A DNA stretch of 64,000 nucleotides from an uncultured Actinomycetota bacterium (lineage in GTDB: Bacteria > Actinomycetota > Acidimicrobiia > Spongiisociales > UBA4744). The stretch spans positions 123,693 to 187,692 of the forward strand of contig CAVQSB010000007.1 in assembly GCA_963715305.1 (NCBI GenBank), given 5' to 3'. Each line of letters starts with the position of its first letter. The first letter of the stretch is position 1. Position numbers and translations under genes: made by a program. Of this stretch, positions 1-8,216 are shown one piece after another. Below the pieces are notes generated by a model. That model did no database searches. It was not told the DNA's origin and worked only from the letters and a program-made list of their open reading frames with translations.

Positions 1-1720
1 AAAGAACGTACCCTCGTGCGGGGGAAGCAGTCCGACCGACTCGGCTCGCTCGTGGATGAGATCCAGATCGCTGTGATCGCCGGGTCCGTGGAGGCCCATG
101 TCGAACACGCCGAACGAAACCTGGCGCAAGGTGTTCAAGGCCACGTTGAGATGGCGCGCCCGCACGAGATCGTCTACCAGTTCCTTCGGAATGGACTCGC
201 CGGTTCGATAGTGCCGGGCGAATTGCTGCAACACCTCCGGCTGCCAGCACCATTCCTCCATGATCTGGCTGGGTGCCTCAACGAAGTCCCACTCGGTGTT
301 GGCACCGGAGAAGCGTGAGAACCGGGCTCGCGTGAGAGACATGTGGAGAATGTGCCCGAATTCGTGGAAAAGGGTTTCGACCTCGGTGTGCTGCAGCAGA
401 GCCGGCTTGTCCGCGGTTGGCTTGGTCAGGTTGGCCACGATGGCCGAAACCGGGCGGTGATACGTCCCATCCGGGTCCCTGGTGTCCCGGGTACAGCGGA
501 AAGGCGGCTGCGTGGCTGAACTTGCCCTCGCGGGGGAACAGGTCGGCATAGAAATACGCGAGATGCCGACCGCTGTCGGCATCGAGAATCTGATACAACA
601 GCACCTCTTCATGCCATGCTCGGGCTTCGACCACCGGTTGGTAGGTGAGACCAAAAACCTCAGCGGTGAGATCAAACATCCCGGCGATGACGTCTTCGAG
701 CATGAAATACTCGGCCACCTGATTGGGGTCTAACCCGAATTCCCTTTTTCGAATTTGCGTGTCGTAGTAGCGCCAGTCCCACGATTGGATTCTTTTCGAT
801 CCCGTGTCGCGGGCGAGCATGTCGGCCATCACTGCGATTTCGGCCATTCCTGCTTTGGAAAGCGGTGGGATCAATTCCGCATAGAACCGCTCAACGGCCT
901 CCGGGTACTTCGCCATCTTCTCTTCCATCTGATAGTGGGCCCAGGAGTCGAGCCCGAAGAGTTGAGCGATGCGCTCTCGTGCTTCGACCGCTTCTTCGAG
1001 AATCGGCCGGTTGGCGTCCACGGCACGACTGCTGAACTTGAAGGAAAGCGCCTCTCGAAGGTCGCGCCGTTCGGCCTGCTCCATGAACGGGACAACATGG
1101 GGGTAGGCCATGGTTACGCGCAAGGCGCCGTCGGTGCCCGGATCCAAACGCTCGAGGTAATCGTCGGGTAGGCCGGACAAGTCCTCTCGTTGGACCTCCA
1201 GGTAATCCTCGTACTCGGCAATGTTGCGTTGGAAGGCCACTTCGAGTTCAACGAGTCGCTCGCGCAGGAGCTGGACTTCGGCACGATCCTCCGGGGAGAG
1301 TTCATGCCCGGCCCGGCGGAAGTCTCGGAGCAGGAAGGCAACCAGACGTTCTGGTTCGCCTTCGAGTTGCTTCGCCTCGTCCGTCTCTGAGTATTCCTTG
1401 ACGGCGGCGAACAAGTCGGGTCGGAAGCTGAGCTCGACCTGCCATTTCTCGAGCCGCTCTTCGGCTGCGCGGGCCGCTTCCCGCACTTCTTCATCCGGGT
1501 GCACGTTGCCCAGGAAAGGCCCTTGTCCATATGCGTCCTGGAGGGCAACGGAGATATCCTCGAGAGGCTGGATCGTGTTCTTGAATGAGCGCGGCTCACC
1601 GGCGGCAATCAGGGAGCTGATGACTCGCTCGGCTTCGTTGATGGCATCGGCAACGATTTCGGTAGCGGTTGCGGCGGTGATCAGTGAGTAATCGACGAGC
1701 ATGAATGAAGAACCATACAC
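1..1720 (-). CDS. M3-family zinc metallopeptidase (oligopeptidase/Dcp-like); start codon at 1720, C-terminus runs off the window start; split by one frameshift near 465-480
   Basis: ORF 278..1720 has an M3-like N-terminal and middle region. The HEFGH zinc motif is encoded at 352-366 (revcomp ttccacgaattcgggcac) in a different frame. It is followed by M3 C-terminal sequence (EAPSQIMEEWCWQPEVL...) down to position 1. Confidence 0.8.
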
Positions 1721-2070
1721 CGGGCGGTCGCCCCGTCAGTAGTCGCCGGCATGGGGAACCCCGCCTCAAGTTGCTCCGATCCCGGACCGATTCCATTGCA
1801 GGTGTGGCTGTTGTCAATCCTCGGGATCGGCGCACTGGTTGGCTTGGCACGTGCGATGGTCTGGGGTGGACATCAGATCTGGCGCAGCACCGCCGCCGTT
1901 CGCCTCGAACGCCGGCTGAATCAGGTCGACGTGCTGGAGCTGGATCGCGCCTTTGCCCGAATCCAGCGCGATGTCCTTTTCGGGGACTGATTTCGCCTGG
2001 AGCCACAAGGTCGGTCCTGGGCCTCCTCGACTGCTCGGGCGGCGGGGTCCTTTGCACTAGGTTCCTCTGC

Positions 2071-2841
2071 ATGGAAACAGATCTTTCGGGCAAGGGTGTT
2101 GTGGTCACGGGTGGCGCAGGCGGCATCGGTCAGGCCATCGTCAGGGCATTCGCACGCGAAGGGGCACGGGTTGGCGTTCACTACCGCACGTCCCGTCCGG
2201 CCGCAGAAAGCCTGGCGGAGGAAGTCGGTGGGGTGGCTCTCGGTGCCGACTTGCGCGTCGAAGCCGAAGCAGACGAGCTCATTCCGCGGGCGCTGGCGGC
2301 CCTCGGCCGGGTCGACGTGGTCGTCGCGAATGCCGGCGTTTGGCCGACGGCCGACGCACCGATCTGGGAGCTCTCGCTGGAGCGCTGGAGGGAAACCCTC
2401 GACGCCAATCTGACGGCGACGTTCTTGACCGCCAGGGGTTTCCTTCGCCACGCCGCCACGACCCGGCAGGGAAATCTCGTAATGATCGCGTCGACGGCGG
2501 GCGTATTCGGCGAGGCCGGACACGCCGATTACGCCGCAGCTAAAGGCGCCATCCTGTCGGGTCTCTTGTTGAGTGCCAAGAACGAGGCGACCCGACTCGA
2601 AGGGTCGGTGCGGGTCAATGTGGTGGCGCCGGGGTGGACCGTGACTCCGATGACTACCGAGGCCCGCCGGGATCCGGATCTGGAGGCCAGGGTGACGTCG
2701 ACGATGGCCCTGAAGAAGCTCGGCGCCCCTGAAGATGTAGCTGCGCAGGTGGTTGCCCTGGCTTCTGATCGTGTGTCCGGACACGTAACCGGTCAGATCG
2801 TGGTGGTGGCCGGTGGCATGGAAGGCCGGTTGGTTCCTTGA
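2071..2841 (+). CDS. SDR-family short-chain dehydrogenase/reductase (FabG-like)
   Basis: ATG 2071 (METDLSGKGVVVTGGAGGIGQAIV...). It has the TGxxxGxG Rossmann motif and a YAAAK catalytic motif. The N-terminal extension in the 1705 ORF is non-coding-like. Confidence 0.85.
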   Translation: METDLSGKGVVVTGGAGGIGQAIVRAFAREGARVGVHYRTSRPAAESLAEEVGGVALGADLRVEAEADELIPRALAALGRVDVVVANAGVWPTADAPIWELSLERWRETLDANLTATFLTARGFLRHAATTRQGNLVMIASTAGVFGEAGHADYAAAKGAILSGLLLSAKNEATRLEGSVRVNVVAPGWTVTPMTTEARRDPDLEARVTSTMALKKLGAPEDVAAQVVALASDRVSGHVTGQIVVVAGGMEGRLVP

Positions 2842-2862
2842 TGTGTGAACCTTCGGGGCATC

Positions 2863-2915
2863 CTGTTCTGGCGTGAGAAAGCGGCGCATACTGCTCGAAA
2901 CTCACGCCAGAACGG
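2863..2915 (+). terminator. Long hairpin (13-bp perfect stem gttctggcgtgag / ctcacgccagaac, 23-nt loop) directly after the SDR stop; copy 1 of a repeated hairpin element
   Basis: Stem arms at 2865-2877 and 2901-2913 are exact reverse complements. The outer sequence is homologous to the hairpin at 3216-3274. Confidence 0.5.
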
Positions 2916-2933
2916 ACCGGGACCGGGACCGGG
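2914..2933. repeat. (GGACCG)3 hexamer tandem repeat
   Basis: ggaccgggaccgggaccggg is read directly from the sequence. Confidence 0.8.
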
Positions 2934-2985
2934 CGTCGGTTGGGCAGGCTATTCTCCTGGATCTGGCTCTGGAGAGGTGCAGCCC

Positions 2986-3216
2986 GATGAAGATCCGGCT
3001 CGAGTACTGCGCGGCTTGAAACTACACAGATCGTGCGGTCCGCATGACTGAACAATTATTGGAAGAATTCGAAGATACGATCACTGAGTTCACGTTGATC
3101 CCATCCCGCGGCGGGGTGTTCGAGGTTGATGTCGACGGGGACCGGATCTACAGCAAGAAGGCAACCGGTCGTCATGCCGAGTACGAAGACATCGCCGGCC
3201 CGATTCGCCGGCGATA
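2986..3216 (+). CDS. SelW/Rdx-family selenoprotein (76 aa) with in-frame UGA (selenocysteine) at 3016-3018; CxxU motif C-A-A-U
   Basis: SD GGAGAGG at 2970-2976. Translation is MKIRLEYCAAU NYTDRAVRMTEQLLEEFEDTITEFTLIPSRGGVFEVDVDGDRIYSKKATGRHAEYEDIAGPIRRR*. This matches the Rdx/SelW pattern (IEYCxxC/UxW ... LIPxxGGxFEVxVDGxxIxSKxxxGRFPE). The ORF track misses it because of the TGA. Confidence 0.6.
3030..3046 (+). promoter_or_regulatory. SECIS-like stem-loop 12 nt downstream of the UGA (UCGUGCG-GUC-CGCAUGA, one G.U pair), apical GGUC-like loop
   Basis: A 7-bp hairpin was found by inspection. Its spacing and loop resemble the bacterial fdhF-type SECIS apical stem. Confidence 0.35.
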
Positions 3217-3274
3217 ATCCTGTTCTTGTGTGAGAAACCTGCGGATACCGCAGGAAAATCACGCAAGAACAGGA
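3216..3274. terminator. Long hairpin (17-bp stem with one G.U, inner palindrome cctgcgg-ata-ccgcagg) filling the whole space between convergent stops (selW-like 3216, amidohydrolase 3275); copy 2 of the hairpin element
   Basis: Arms 3216-3233 and 3257-3274. The outer arms are homologous to copy 1 (tcctgttctKgYgtgagaaa ... aaaMtcacgcMagaacagg). Confidence 0.5.
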
Positions 3275-4856
3275 TTAACCCTTCCAGGTGACCGGATTGT
3301 CCGGGACGGGCACCGGCTGGCCGTCGATCCAGGTCGCCAGAACCCGGGTGTCCCGGAGTTCGTCCGGGGTGGCTTCGACCGGGTCCCGGTCCAAAACGAC
3401 GAAATCGGCGGCGCTACCGGCGGCCAGTGGTTCCGGTTCGCCCATGGCCCGGGCGGCACCGTCGGTGAAGAGGGCGAATGCACCCGTCCCGGTCAGGGCT
3501 TGTTCCGGAACCATCCCACCCCGGTCGCGGGCGGCCGCCATCCCCCACAAGGGATGGGGAGCCTCGACCGGACAATCTGAGCCTCCGGCCAACGGCACCC
3601 CGGCAGCCTGCAGCGAGGCCAGCGGGTAGGCGTTGCCGAGACGTTCCGGTCCGAGTCGCTTCTCCAGCCAAGCGGCCTCCGAGGCCATGAACGCCGGCTG
3701 TACTGAAGCTGTGACGCCGGAGGCGGCGAACCGGTCGATCAACCCGGCGTCGAGGATGGAGGCATGTTCGACCCGCAGATCGGCCGGGTCGGCACCTTCC
3801 GCCAGAAGCTCATCGAACAGATCGAGCACCCTGGCATTGGCCACGTCGCCGATGGCATGGATCGCGACCTTGCCGCCGAGTCGGAGGGCCGTCCTGGCGC
3901 GGGCACCGACTCGCGGTGCGGTCGAAACGCAGCGTGCCGTACTGGTCGGGCTGATCCGCGTAGGGGTACTGCAGGGCGGCCGTATGACCGCCCAGGCTCC
4001 CGTCGGCGAATTCCTTGACTCCGAGGAATTGCAGGCGGGGACCCGCGGCACGGATGTCGGCAGCTGCCTGTTCGAGCTCGGCCGGGTCTCCTGCAATGAC
4101 CAGCACCGGCATCTTGAGCGGGAGACGGTCGGCGATGGCCAACATGGCGCGGAGTTCGTTGCCGGTGTCACACCAGGGTCCCGTCCCGACCGCCAGGATG
4201 GCTCCAAGCGAAGTGACTCCCAGGCCGACCAGTCCGTGCATGGCTGCCAGGATCGCCTCCGGATCAGGATCGCTCGCCGGCCCGCTCAAAGCGGTAGCCA
4301 CTCGCTCGATGGCCGTCTCACGGAGGATTCCGTTGGGAACTCCGAATTCGTCTCGATCTAGGGTGCCACCGATCGGGTCAGTGGCCACCGAGCCGACACC
4401 GGCGTTGGCCAACGCCATGGTGTTGGCTACGGCGATATGGCCGCAGTACCGGTACACCAGGACGGGGCGGTCATCGACGGCCAGGTCGAGCTCCCGACGG
4501 GTCGGCAACCGTCGCTCCTGAAGTCCTTCATCATTCAACCGGATGGCGATGAGCGGGACTCCGGCTGGAAGCAGCGCGGCCGCCTCGCGAATTCGGGTGA
4601 GCACCTCCTCCAAATCGGCTGCCTCTTTCAACGTAGGTCGGGTGAGCGACAAGGCATAGGGAACGGGATGCATGTGGGCGTCGCGCAAACCCGGCGTGAT
4701 GACACTGCCTGGGAAGTCGTCCTCGGGGATTTCCGGCCTGCGCAAATCAGCGGCCTGCCCCACGGCGACTACCCGACCGTCGCTGATCAGGAGAGCGTCA
4801 CCGGGGAGATTCGATCCGATGCGGATCCGGTCGGCGACAACCAGTCGTTGTGTCAT
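3275..4856 (-). CDS. Amidohydrolase-family 3 metal-dependent hydrolase; frameshift near 3900-3950 splits it into ORFs 3810..4856 and 3275..4207
   Basis: N-terminal part has ...VITPGLRDAHMHP... The C-terminal part has GGKVAIHAIGD ... GSDCPVE, typical of amidohydrolase_3. The two ORFs overlap in different frames. Confidence 0.8.
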
Positions 4857-5449
4857 CGTGGCGATCCGAACTGCCCGTAGTGGACCAGGTCGGCCATCGG
4901 CTTGCGTCCCTGCGGGAGGGTTGCGCGGATGCCCTTGCGAATCTGACGCTCACCTTCCAGGTCCGGGTACCCGAACGCAACTGCATACCGACAACCGTGG
5001 TCGTCGGGGACGCCGAGTCGTTCACGGGCGCACGGCTCGCGGTGCAACGTGACCGGGCACGATCCGATTCCGAGGGCCGCGGCGGCCTCCATCATGTTCT
5101 GGGCGGCCCGGCCCATGTCGAAATCTCCACCAGCGGGCAACCGGACGATGACCACCGCAAGCGGCGCGCCCAACAGCGGAGTGGTGAAGCTCCCGCACTC
5201 GGCCAGCTGCTGGCGGCCCTCGGGTTCGGTGATCACCACAAAGGCCCATGGTTGGGTGTTCTTCGAGCTCCCGGTCCATCGACCGGCTTCCAGGATCATG
5301 TCGATGTGTGCGTCGTCTATCAGGTCCGGTCGGTACATGCGAACGACCCGGAGTCCGGCGATGCGCCGGTAGGTTTCGAGGGACGGTTCGAAGGACTGCA
5401 TCAGCACCTCTGCGGTTGTCTCAGCCGGGAGCTTACCGGCGAGCCGCAA
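4853..5449 (-). CDS. Nitroreductase-family protein
   Basis: 198 aa. Nitroreductase fold motifs are present (…RRSxR-like N-terminus, GIGSC, conserved C-terminus). It overlaps the downstream amidohydrolase start by 4 nt, so they form an operon. Confidence 0.75.
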   Translation of the reverse strand: MRLAGKLPAETTAEVLMQSFEPSLETYRRIAGLRVVRMYRPDLIDDAHIDMILEAGRWTGSSKNTQPWAFVVITEPEGRQQLAECGSFTTPLLGAPLAVVIVRLPAGGDFDMGRAAQNMMEAAAALGIGSCPVTLHREPCARERLGVPDDHGCRYAVAFGYPDLEGERQIRKGIRATLPQGRKPMADLVHYGQFGSPR

Positions 5450-5453
5450 CCGC

Positions 5454-6260
5454 TCATCCGAGCAATCCGGAGGGGATCGCCCCAGCCAGTGTGGTACGGA
5501 AGATCTCTTCCAGTGCTGCGTTGGACGCGAGCACCGCCGGATCTCCCGGCCGGGCGGGCGCGCCGGTCGGATCGGTGGTCCGTCCTCCTGCTTCGCGAAC
5601 GAGCAGGATCCCGGCCGCCACGTCCCAGGGGGCGAGTTTCAACTCCCAGAAGGCGTCGTAACGACCGCAAGCCACCCAGGCGAAGTCCAGCGACGCCGTG
5701 CCCATGCGTCTGATGCCCTGTATGTGTGTGAGCATTTCGGAAACGATGGCCGTGTAGGGGGCGGCATTCGTGCGCCGGTCGTAGGGGAAGCCGGTCGCGA
5801 CGAGGGCCGCCCCGAGGTCGCCCTGGGTGGATACGGATATTGGCTCACCGTTGCGGAAGGCGCCGCCGCCGGCCGTTGCGGTGAAGATCTCGTCCCGGAA
5901 GACGTCGATCACGACCCCCACCCTCGGCAACCCATGGTCGTAGAGTGCCACGGACACCCCCACGTGAGGAACCAGGTGCAGGAAATTCACGGTTCCGTCG
6001 AGAGGGTCGATGATCCACAGGCGAGCAAGTTCGAGTGGATCCCCCCCACTTTCCTCCGCGAGGATGTCATCGTCGGGCAAGGCCGCCCTGATGGTGGCGA
6101 TGATGGCGGACTCCGATGCGCGGTCTGCTTCCGTAACCGGGTTGACGTCTCCTTTGAAGTCGACACCGTGGAGGGCGCCCAGCCGTGGTCGGATCGCTTC
6201 ACTACCTCTCCGAGCGGCTGATATGGCGATCTCGAGATCCTGAGTGAGAGATGGTTCCAC
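5454..6260 (-). CDS. Inositol monophosphatase family protein (SuhB/ImpA/HisN-like)
   Basis: IMPase motifs are present: DPLDGT, WDxAAG and GGxxTD-like. Confidence 0.8.
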   Translation of the reverse strand: MEPSLTQDLEIAISAARRGSEAIRPRLGALHGVDFKGDVNPVTEADRASESAIIATIRAALPDDDILAEESGGDPLELARLWIIDPLDGTVNFLHLVPHVGVSVALYDHGLPRVGVVIDVFRDEIFTATAGGGAFRNGEPISVSTQGDLGAALVATGFPYDRRTNAAPYTAIVSEMLTHIQGIRRMGTASLDFAWVACGRYDAFWELKLAPWDVAAGILLVREAGGRTTDPTGAPARPGDPAVLASNAALEEIFRTTLAGAIPSGLLG

Positions 6261-6361
6261 GACGTCAGGATGTTAGGACTGGCGGCAAGGTTGGCGGCGG
6301 TTCGGGTGGTGAACCACTCCTGGGGCCCTATCACCGGGGCAGGTCATAGAATCCCCCCGTC

Positions 6362-7831
6362 ATGATTTCCGTACTCCTCGGCGCGCTTGGTGGGTTGTTG
6401 GTGTGGGTGGCCTTTCCTCCACTCGGCCTGGGGGCCGTCGTCTTCGTTGCGCCGGTGCCTCTCCTTCTCGGTGTGCGGAGGGCCTCGACCGGCCGTCAGG
6501 CCCTCCTCGTTGGGCTGGCTTTCGGGATTGGTTTCTTCGGACCGCTGCTGGAGTGGATCACCGAGATGGGTGTGATTGCCTGGGCGCCGTTGGTTGTGCT
6601 CGAAGCCTTGTTTCCGGCCGCGTTTGCGTGGATGGTCTTCCGGGTGCGCCATCGACCCGATTGGCAGTGGATGGGTGTTGTCGTCGGCGGTTGGGCCTTG
6701 ACCGAGCTTGCGCGATCGTATCTTCCGGTCGGAGGCTTCACGTGGGGATGGCTCGGGTACGCCGTCAGCGGCTTTGCCGGAGCCAGAGGGGCTGCGCAAT
6801 GGATCGGCGTGTCCGGGTGGACGGTGCTTACCATGCTGGTGGCGGGTGGTCTGGCCCTTTGGGTGGAGACCCGTCGTGGCGGAATCTGGGCGGCGGTTGG
6901 GGCGACCGGAGTGCTGGTGCTGGTGGTCGCGGGTGGAGTTTGGCCGGCCGTAGGCGACGGGCAGACCTTGCAGGTAGCCATCGTGCAAGGCAATAGTCCC
7001 TGCCCGGCGCAGCGGTGTGCCGACGAACGGAAGCTGATCACCCAAAGCCATCTCGATCTCACCCGGACGCTGCCGGCCGGCGAACTGGATCTGGTCGTGT
7101 GGCCGGAGAGTTCGACCGGGTATGCAACGGACCCCATCGATAACCCTGAGATCGCCGGCCAGATCGCAGACGAAGCAATCCGGCTGCAGAGCTACCTGCT
7201 GGTTGGGGGTGACCGCCCCGTCGACGATGAGCATTTTGCCAATGTCAATCTGCTCTTCGACCCCGAGGGACGCATCGTTGGCGAGTACCTCAAGACCCAT
7301 CCGGTGCCGTTCGGCGAGTACATCCCATGGCGTGCAGTGTTTGGATGGACGGAACAGTTCCGGGCTGCACCCAGGGACATGCTGCGCGGGGAAGGGCCCG
7401 TGGTTTTCTCAACCGAATGGGGTTCGCTCGGCTCAGTGATCTCCTTCGAAGGTGCGTTCGCCCGCATCATGCGGGGTCCCGTCCGAGACGGAGCGCAGCT
7501 GCTCGTCGTGGCGACGAATAACTCGAGTTACGGATTGGGACCGGCATCCGATCAGTTCATTGGCATGACCCGCATGCACGCCTCGGCATTGGGCGTCGAT
7601 GTGATCCACGCGGCTCTGACCGGGAGGTCAACGATCATTTCGGACAACGGCACGGTGGGTTCGGTTTCCGGTCTCTTTACGGCGGAGATCCTCACTGGGG
7701 AGGTCAGGGTTCGGGCGTCCGGCATGACCCTGTACACCACGCTCGGGGATTGGCCGTATCTTCTCGCCATCGTCTGGTTCTCCGGCGTTGTGGTTATGGC
7801 AGCGCGGGAGCGGGAGAAGACCCGGGTCTAG
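6362..7831 (+). CDS. lnt: Apolipoprotein N-acyltransferase
   Basis: 489 aa. It has an N-terminal multi-TM region and a CN-hydrolase domain (VVWPES...). The length is typical of Lnt. Confidence 0.85.
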   Translation: MISVLLGALGGLLVWVAFPPLGLGAVVFVAPVPLLLGVRRASTGRQALLVGLAFGIGFFGPLLEWITEMGVIAWAPLVVLEALFPAAFAWMVFRVRHRPDWQWMGVVVGGWALTELARSYLPVGGFTWGWLGYAVSGFAGARGAAQWIGVSGWTVLTMLVAGGLALWVETRRGGIWAAVGATGVLVLVVAGGVWPAVGDGQTLQVAIVQGNSPCPAQRCADERKLITQSHLDLTRTLPAGELDLVVWPESSTGYATDPIDNPEIAGQIADEAIRLQSYLLVGGDRPVDDEHFANVNLLFDPEGRIVGEYLKTHPVPFGEYIPWRAVFGWTEQFRAAPRDMLRGEGPVVFSTEWGSLGSVISFEGAFARIMRGPVRDGAQLLVVATNNSSYGLGPASDQFIGMTRMHASALGVDVIHAALTGRSTIISDNGTVGSVSGLFTAEILTGEVRVRASGMTLYTTLGDWPYLLAIVWFSGVVVMAAREREKTRV

Positions 7832-7850
7832 ACACCGAAAGGCCGCCATA

Positions 7851-7869
7851 CGGGCGGCCCTTCAGCGTC
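7851..7869 (+). terminator. GC hairpin ggccgcc-atacg-ggcggcc after lnt stop
   Basis: A 7-bp perfect stem lies 20 nt after the stop at 7831. Confidence 0.45.
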
Positions 7870-7898
7870 CGGTTCGAGGACTCGTGGCCCTCGCCAGG

Positions 7899-7920
7899 GA
7901 CATACCGGCACCGGTATGTC
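7899..7920. promoter_or_regulatory. Perfect 10-bp inverted repeat GACATACCGG-ca-CCGGTATGTC (candidate operator) ~300 bp upstream of the cytochrome gene
   Basis: The inverted repeat is read directly from the sequence. Confidence 0.3.
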
Positions 7921-8216
7921 TAGCAACCCTGGGTGCTGGGCGCGGGCGAGGTTGGAACGCCTGGTGGTCGCCGTTCCCTCAATGGTCGAAACGATCTGAC
8001 CGATACACCCGTTTGCGGGATTTAGCTCCCGCTTAACCGTGCCTTGGCAGACGGTTAGGTGCCGGTGCGGGAAGCTGAGCCGGGTCGGGGGATCTGCGTT
8101 GCCGGGAAGCGCCGCAATGAGCGTGAGGATGATCATGGCGCGATGGCCCAACCAATGTGGTGAGATAGCCGGAGGCTCTTCCAGCTCGCGCGCGACGCGA
8201 CGCGGCCGGGCCGGCG

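Noticed and set aside
16-460. Plus-strand ORFs 16..318 and 260..460
   Set aside because: They are antisense to the M3 peptidase coding sequence (HEFGH region) and have no similarity to known proteins.
1751-1990. 79-aa plus-strand ORF (MGNPASS...SILGIGALVGLARAMVWGG...) in the 350-bp divergent region between the M3 peptidase and SDR genes; possible small membrane protein
   Set aside because: There is no SD and no recognisable motif. A high-GC genome generates many ORFs of this length by chance. It cannot be supported without conservation or expression data.
2863-3274. MITE or small mobile element carrying the selW-like gene (two similar hairpins as terminal inverted structures)
   Set aside because: The two hairpins are in direct, not inverted, orientation relative to each other. 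There is no target-site duplication and no transposase. This is kept only as an open possibility under the hairpin-repeat finding.
7861-7880. tRNA T-arm-like stem-loop (GTCC-TCGAACC-GGAC) downstream of lnt
   Set aside because: The loop does not fit the T-psi-C consensus (TTCRANY). No acceptor or anticodon arms can be built around it. It is more likely part of the lnt terminator region.
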